NCBI GenBank assembly: GCA_035399485.1
Contig: DAOPJC010000001.1
Coordinates: forward strand, 1-48,709
Length of the DNA stretch: 48,709 nucleotides
Reading direction: 5' to 3'
DNA from: Bacilli bacterium
Lineage (GTDB): Bacteria > Bacillota_I > Bacilli_A > RF39 > UBA660
Shown piece by piece: positions 45,260-48,709 of the stretch (position 1 is its first letter; the number at the start of each line of letters is the position of its first letter). Below the pieces are notes generated by a model. The model did not search any database and was not told where the DNA came from. It worked only from the letters and a program-made list of their open reading frames with translations. Position numbers and translations under genes: made by a program.

Positions 45260-46578
45260 ATTTTTATTTCTAATATTTGTGTAAATATATCATCATCTAT
45301 TCTATTTAGATTATTAAGTTTTTCTTCACTATCAATTAATTCTTTTGCAAGTGAAAGTCCGTAACCATGACCATTTGATTTAGTTGTATATTTCTTTTCA
45401 AATATTTTGTTGACATCAAATGTATTAATAAAACTATTTGATACTTCAACAACTAATTTATTATTTTCTATATACATCTCAATATTTACTACTTTATCTT
45501 CTTTATGAGTCATAACTTCATCAATAGCATTATCTATAAATATACTAACAATTTTACATATTTTTAGATTCAATTCAGAACTAATATTATCAAAATCTAC
45601 CATTCTTATTTTTCTATCAATATTTAATATATACTTTATTTTCTTATCATCCATAATATTTAATTTAGTATGAATTGTGGCCCTTAAACCACCAGCGGGT
45701 ATAATTGATACATCCATCATTATTTTTTCGTTAGTCATATATACATTACCAACTAAATTATCAATATATTCATTGACTTTTTTATCTTTACTCTTAATCA
45801 TATTTTGAATAGTTAACAATTGATTCTTATTTTCATGATTATTAACTCTATATTTATCTATCATATCTTCATATTCTACTAAGGATTGTTGAGTACTATT
45901 ATATTTTTCTTTTGTTTCTTCATATTCATTTCTAACAATCAATTCTTTAGCAAATATATAAGTCATAATTATTAATAGTATTATAAACATTATGATAGAA
46001 GCAATTATATTACTTGTATAAAATATTATTATATATGAAAATAAAATCATTAATAATATATATGTAATTGTATAAAATGTTTTTGATTTTTTAATTATAC
46101 TTATCCTTTTATATACCCATTTATATACTGAATAGCCTTTATTACTTTTGATAATAAATAATAAAATTAATGTAGAAATTGTATTAATTAAAAATGTTAT
46201 ATAGCCAATTTCATTAATATTATTAATACTATTCATTAACCCTTTACTAGAAGTTGTATCCAATGAAAGTGAAAATCCTATCGATAAAACAAACTCAATA
46301 AACAATATAATAGTGTATATATATACTATAGATACTAATATTTTTTTAAAATCATATTTTATAATAAACTTTAGTATTAAAATTAAACTTACTAATCTTA
46401 TAATCGGTCTTACATAAGTAAAATCTAATTCATTATTTATTAAAACAATTAAATCATAAATAATTATGGCTTGCCATAATCTTTTATCATTATGTTTCAT
46501 TTCTCTATCATTTAATAAACAAACACTATATATTATTAAAGTGCTTGCTATAATCATTCCTATCAAATCAATCAACAT
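45250..46578 (-). CDS. AgrC-like (HPK10) membrane histidine kinase
   Basis: Six to seven N-terminal TM helices, NNHENKNQL H-box region, C-terminal GHGYGLSLAKE ATPase box. Confidence 0.75.
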   Translation of the reverse strand: MLIDLIGMIIASTLIIYSVCLLNDREMKHNDKRLWQAIIIYDLIVLINNELDFTYVRPIIRLVSLILILKFIIKYDFKKILVSIVYIYTIILFIEFVLSIGFSLSLDTTSSKGLMNSINNINEIGYITFLINTISTLILLFIIKSNKGYSVYKWVYKRISIIKKSKTFYTITYILLMILFSYIIIFYTSNIIASIIMFIILLIIMTYIFAKELIVRNEYEETKEKYNSTQQSLVEYEDMIDKYRVNNHENKNQLLTIQNMIKSKDKKVNEYIDNLVGNVYMTNEKIMMDVSIIPAGGLRATIHTKLNIMDDKKIKYILNIDRKIRMVDFDNISSELNLKICKIVSIFIDNAIDEVMTHKEDKVVNIEMYIENNKLVVEVSNSFINTFDVNKIFEKKYTTKSNGHGYGLSLAKELIDSEEKLNNLNRIDDDIFTQILEIKIKK

Positions 46579-47290
46579 TTATATAATCCTCTAATTTGTA
46601 ATTAGATGATACCATATCTATTACTGCACCAGTATCAAAAAACACTTTTCTCTTTCTATAATTAATTTCTACTGCGCGATCTTTATTTATATAGCATGAA
46701 CGATGTGTTTGAATAAATCTATCATCTAAAAGATTTGCTATATCAGTTAATGATTTATTAACACTATGAACATTACCTTCTGTGTGTATTAAAGTTTTTC
46801 TTTCAACACTATCTCTAGTTATATATAGTATATTATTTAAAGAAAATCTATAACATACTTTTTTATCTTTGATTTCTAAAAATTTCTTTTTACCTAAAGA
46901 ATTTAAAGAATTCTCTATTCCTTTATTTAGTCTATTTTCAAAACCTTCAAATTTATTTATAAAAGACATAAAATTAATATCTTTTCTTAATAATAAATTG
47001 CCTAGTTCTTCATGGCCTGTCAAGTAAATTATAGGACTTTCTATATCATCTTTTCTTATGACTTTTCCTACATTAATACCTGATCTAGATGGAGTTTCAA
47101 TATCTAATATATAAATTCTCGGATTCTCTTTTTTAGATAAATATTTTATAAATTTACTATCATAATCATCGAACTTACTAATAGAATATTCAAAGTCCTT
47201 TTTTAACATAATTTTATTTACTACATTTACTACTTTTTCAAGAAATCTCTTATCATCATCACATATTATAAACTCTACCATAATCACCAT
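46568..47290 (-). CDS. LytTR-family response regulator (AgrA-like)
   Basis: REC domain (FIICDDD...YILDIETP) plus C-terminal LytTR pattern (IQTHRSCYINKD). Confidence 0.8.
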   Translation of the reverse strand: MVIMVEFIICDDDKRFLEKVVNVVNKIMLKKDFEYSISKFDDYDSKFIKYLSKKENPRIYILDIETPSRSGINVGKVIRKDDIESPIIYLTGHEELGNLLLRKDINFMSFINKFEGFENRLNKGIENSLNSLGKKKFLEIKDKKVCYRFSLNNILYITRDSVERKTLIHTEGNVHSVNKSLTDIANLLDDRFIQTHRSCYINKDRAVEINYRKRKVFFDTGAVIDMVSSNYKLEDYINVD

Positions 47291-47353
47291 CCACTATTAG
47301 TTAACAATATAATAATAACACTTTTTATATATTAAAAGCAATAAAAAAAGGTG

Positions 47354-47551
47354 TTATTTCCACCCTTCATACCAATTTGATATTTTATCCTTCGCTTTGG
47401 TTGCTACTTCTTTACCACCTTCAGCAATTTTACTAGCACTTTCCTTAATATTATCAACAGCTTTTGATGCTTGGTCTTTAACACTATTATAAGTATCTGA
47501 TCCTATTTTTTCTTCTACTTTATCCCCAATAATGGTAATTCCTTGTTTCAA
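47354..47551 (-). CDS. Lys/Ala/Glu-rich helical (YtxH/LEA-like) segment; its frame is open upstream to 47719
   Basis: The ORF-track entry starts at a TTG. The same frame continues without stops up to the TAA of the preceding ORF. Confidence 0.4.
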   Translation of the reverse strand: MKQGITIIGDKVEEKIGSDTYNSVKDQASKAVDNIKESASKIAEGGKEVATKAKDKISNWYEGWK

Positions 47552-47719
47552 TTTTCCACTTAAAAAAGCATATGTCTCAGTTGCTTTAGCTTTTATTGTA
47601 TCTTTATAGCCTGGAACTTTTGATTCTATTTTAGTATCAATACTATTTACAATGGCAACTAATTTTTGTTTTGTAGTTTCAGTTAATTGATTAAATGTTA
47701 CTCCATTAATAGTAGTACC

Positions 47720-48151
47720 TTAAAAAATAAAGTCTACTAAAGTAGTAAATTTATCTTTAGCTACTGTTTTTAATTTATCTATATTATTTGAATTTACATA
47801 ACTATTAACATCTTTTTCTACATTTTCAAAATAAGTAATTGTTTTACTATCATTACTAACTCCAGTATTATTGTTTACTGGTGCTTTTGATTCTTCTTTT
47901 GCAGGTATATTAGAACTATTAGTTTGTTCATTAGTATTGATTTTACTATTTTCTGAATTATTTTCTTTACTATTAATATCGTTAGTTACATTTGTTTTAG
48001 TTCCTTTAGCATAATCATTTTTATTATTTAATAACACACTTTTACCTGGTTTATTTATTATAAATAATAAAAATACTATAACTAATACTAGAATAAGTAT
48101 TATTGCACTAAATATAATTATTTTTGGATCTATTGCTTTTTCTTTTTTCAT
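47720..48151 (-). CDS. membrane-anchored Asn/Ser-rich protein
   Basis: ATG (MKKEKAID) behind GAGGTG, TM helix IIIFSAIILILVLVIVFLLFII. Confidence 0.5.
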   Translation of the reverse strand: MKKEKAIDPKIIIFSAIILILVLVIVFLLFIINKPGKSVLLNNKNDYAKGTKTNVTNDINSKENNSENSKINTNEQTNSSNIPAKEESKAPVNNNTGVSNDSKTITYFENVEKDVNSYVNSNNIDKLKTVAKDKFTTLVDFIF

Positions 48152-48201
48152 ACCGCACCTCATTAGAAGTATTTTACTATTAGTTTTTATCTTTGTCAAA
48201 G

Positions 48202-48522
48202 TTATATTTCTTTTATATCTATAATACTTGATATAGGTATTAATTTGTTATCTATTGTGATTAAATTACTACTATTTTTACCTATTATTTTTTCTATTTG
48301 TTTTCCATTAGATGTTTCTATTTCTACATTAATCTTATATACATATTTTGTTGATTTAAATAATTTATTTATTTTACTATTTATGTTTTCTTTATATATA
48401 GGCTTCGTATCATTTCTTATTTCATTTTTATCACTATAAAATACTTTTTTATTATTATTTATATTTGAAACATTTTTATTAGCATATACCTTTGGTAATT
48501 TACTATTCATTTTATCACCCAA
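48202..48522 (-). CDS. hypothetical protein
   Basis: ORF only. Asn/Lys-rich. Confidence 0.35.
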   Translation of the reverse strand: MGDKMNSKLPKVYANKNVSNINNNKKVFYSDKNEIRNDTKPIYKENINSKINKLFKSTKYVYKINVEIETSNGKQIEKIIGKNSSNLITIDNKLIPISSIIDIKEI

Positions 48523-48709
48523 TATATTATATGAAATTAATATTAATTTTTACTCTATTTTATATCCAATTACAAATCCTAATATTAATAAAGAGATACT
48601 AAATACTATATTATTTAAAGAATATACAGTGGATAACGCTTGTTTTAATAGAATTATCATTGATGAAATCATAAACACTTATCCGCAGATGAAAAGAAGT
48701 GATTTCGAG

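Noticed and set aside
48523-48709. Partial minus-strand ORF open to the right window edge (33 codons including the stop, ...FINDNSIKTSVIHCIFFK-stop at 48611-48613)
   Set aside because: It is too short and shows no recognisable family, so I cannot support it as a feature from this window alone.

Overview
Very AT-rich Firmicutes-type chromosome segment (Clostridia/Erysipelotrichia-like by eye), with almost all genes on the minus strand. 1-20.2 kb holds two tRNAs and housekeeping genes (S1-domain protein, NifU-like, UvrD-like helicase, trpS). These are followed by an accessory patch of small ligand-binding/detox-type genes interleaved with six XRE-family regulators. 20.24-40.72 kb is a composite, visibly decaying integrative island inserted at the 3' end of secA. 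It is bounded by a 45-bp imperfect direct repeat that duplicates the last 13 secA codons, and GTGGACAAA arm-type repeats sit at both ends. From the secA side the island carries: (1) a tyrosine integrase with two in-frame nonsense codons; (2) an ArpU/sigma-like gene plus a large ABC/SMC-like ATPase with a degenerate Walker A, which is my best candidate for an undescribed defence-type module; (3) wHTH and excisionase-like genes; (4) an intact ORF fusing a tyrosine-integrase arm-binding N-terminus to a complete large serine recombinase. Two paralogous leader-HTH-ParB modules, both with damaged ParB genes, bracket a cargo block: HAD-PlsC acyltransferase, AMP-dependent ligase and a 7TM hybrid histidine kinase. 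The left end of the island has a macro-domain gene, small ORFs and an HNH nuclease. 40.7-48.7 kb holds secA, hpf, a cold-shock gene and an agr-type quorum-sensing locus. That locus contains a 38-aa AgrD ORF absent from the ORF track, and it lacks Cys/Ser at the expected ring position. I saw no CRISPR array, no rRNA and no phage structural genes. All family assignments rest on motifs read by eye and none was checked against a database.
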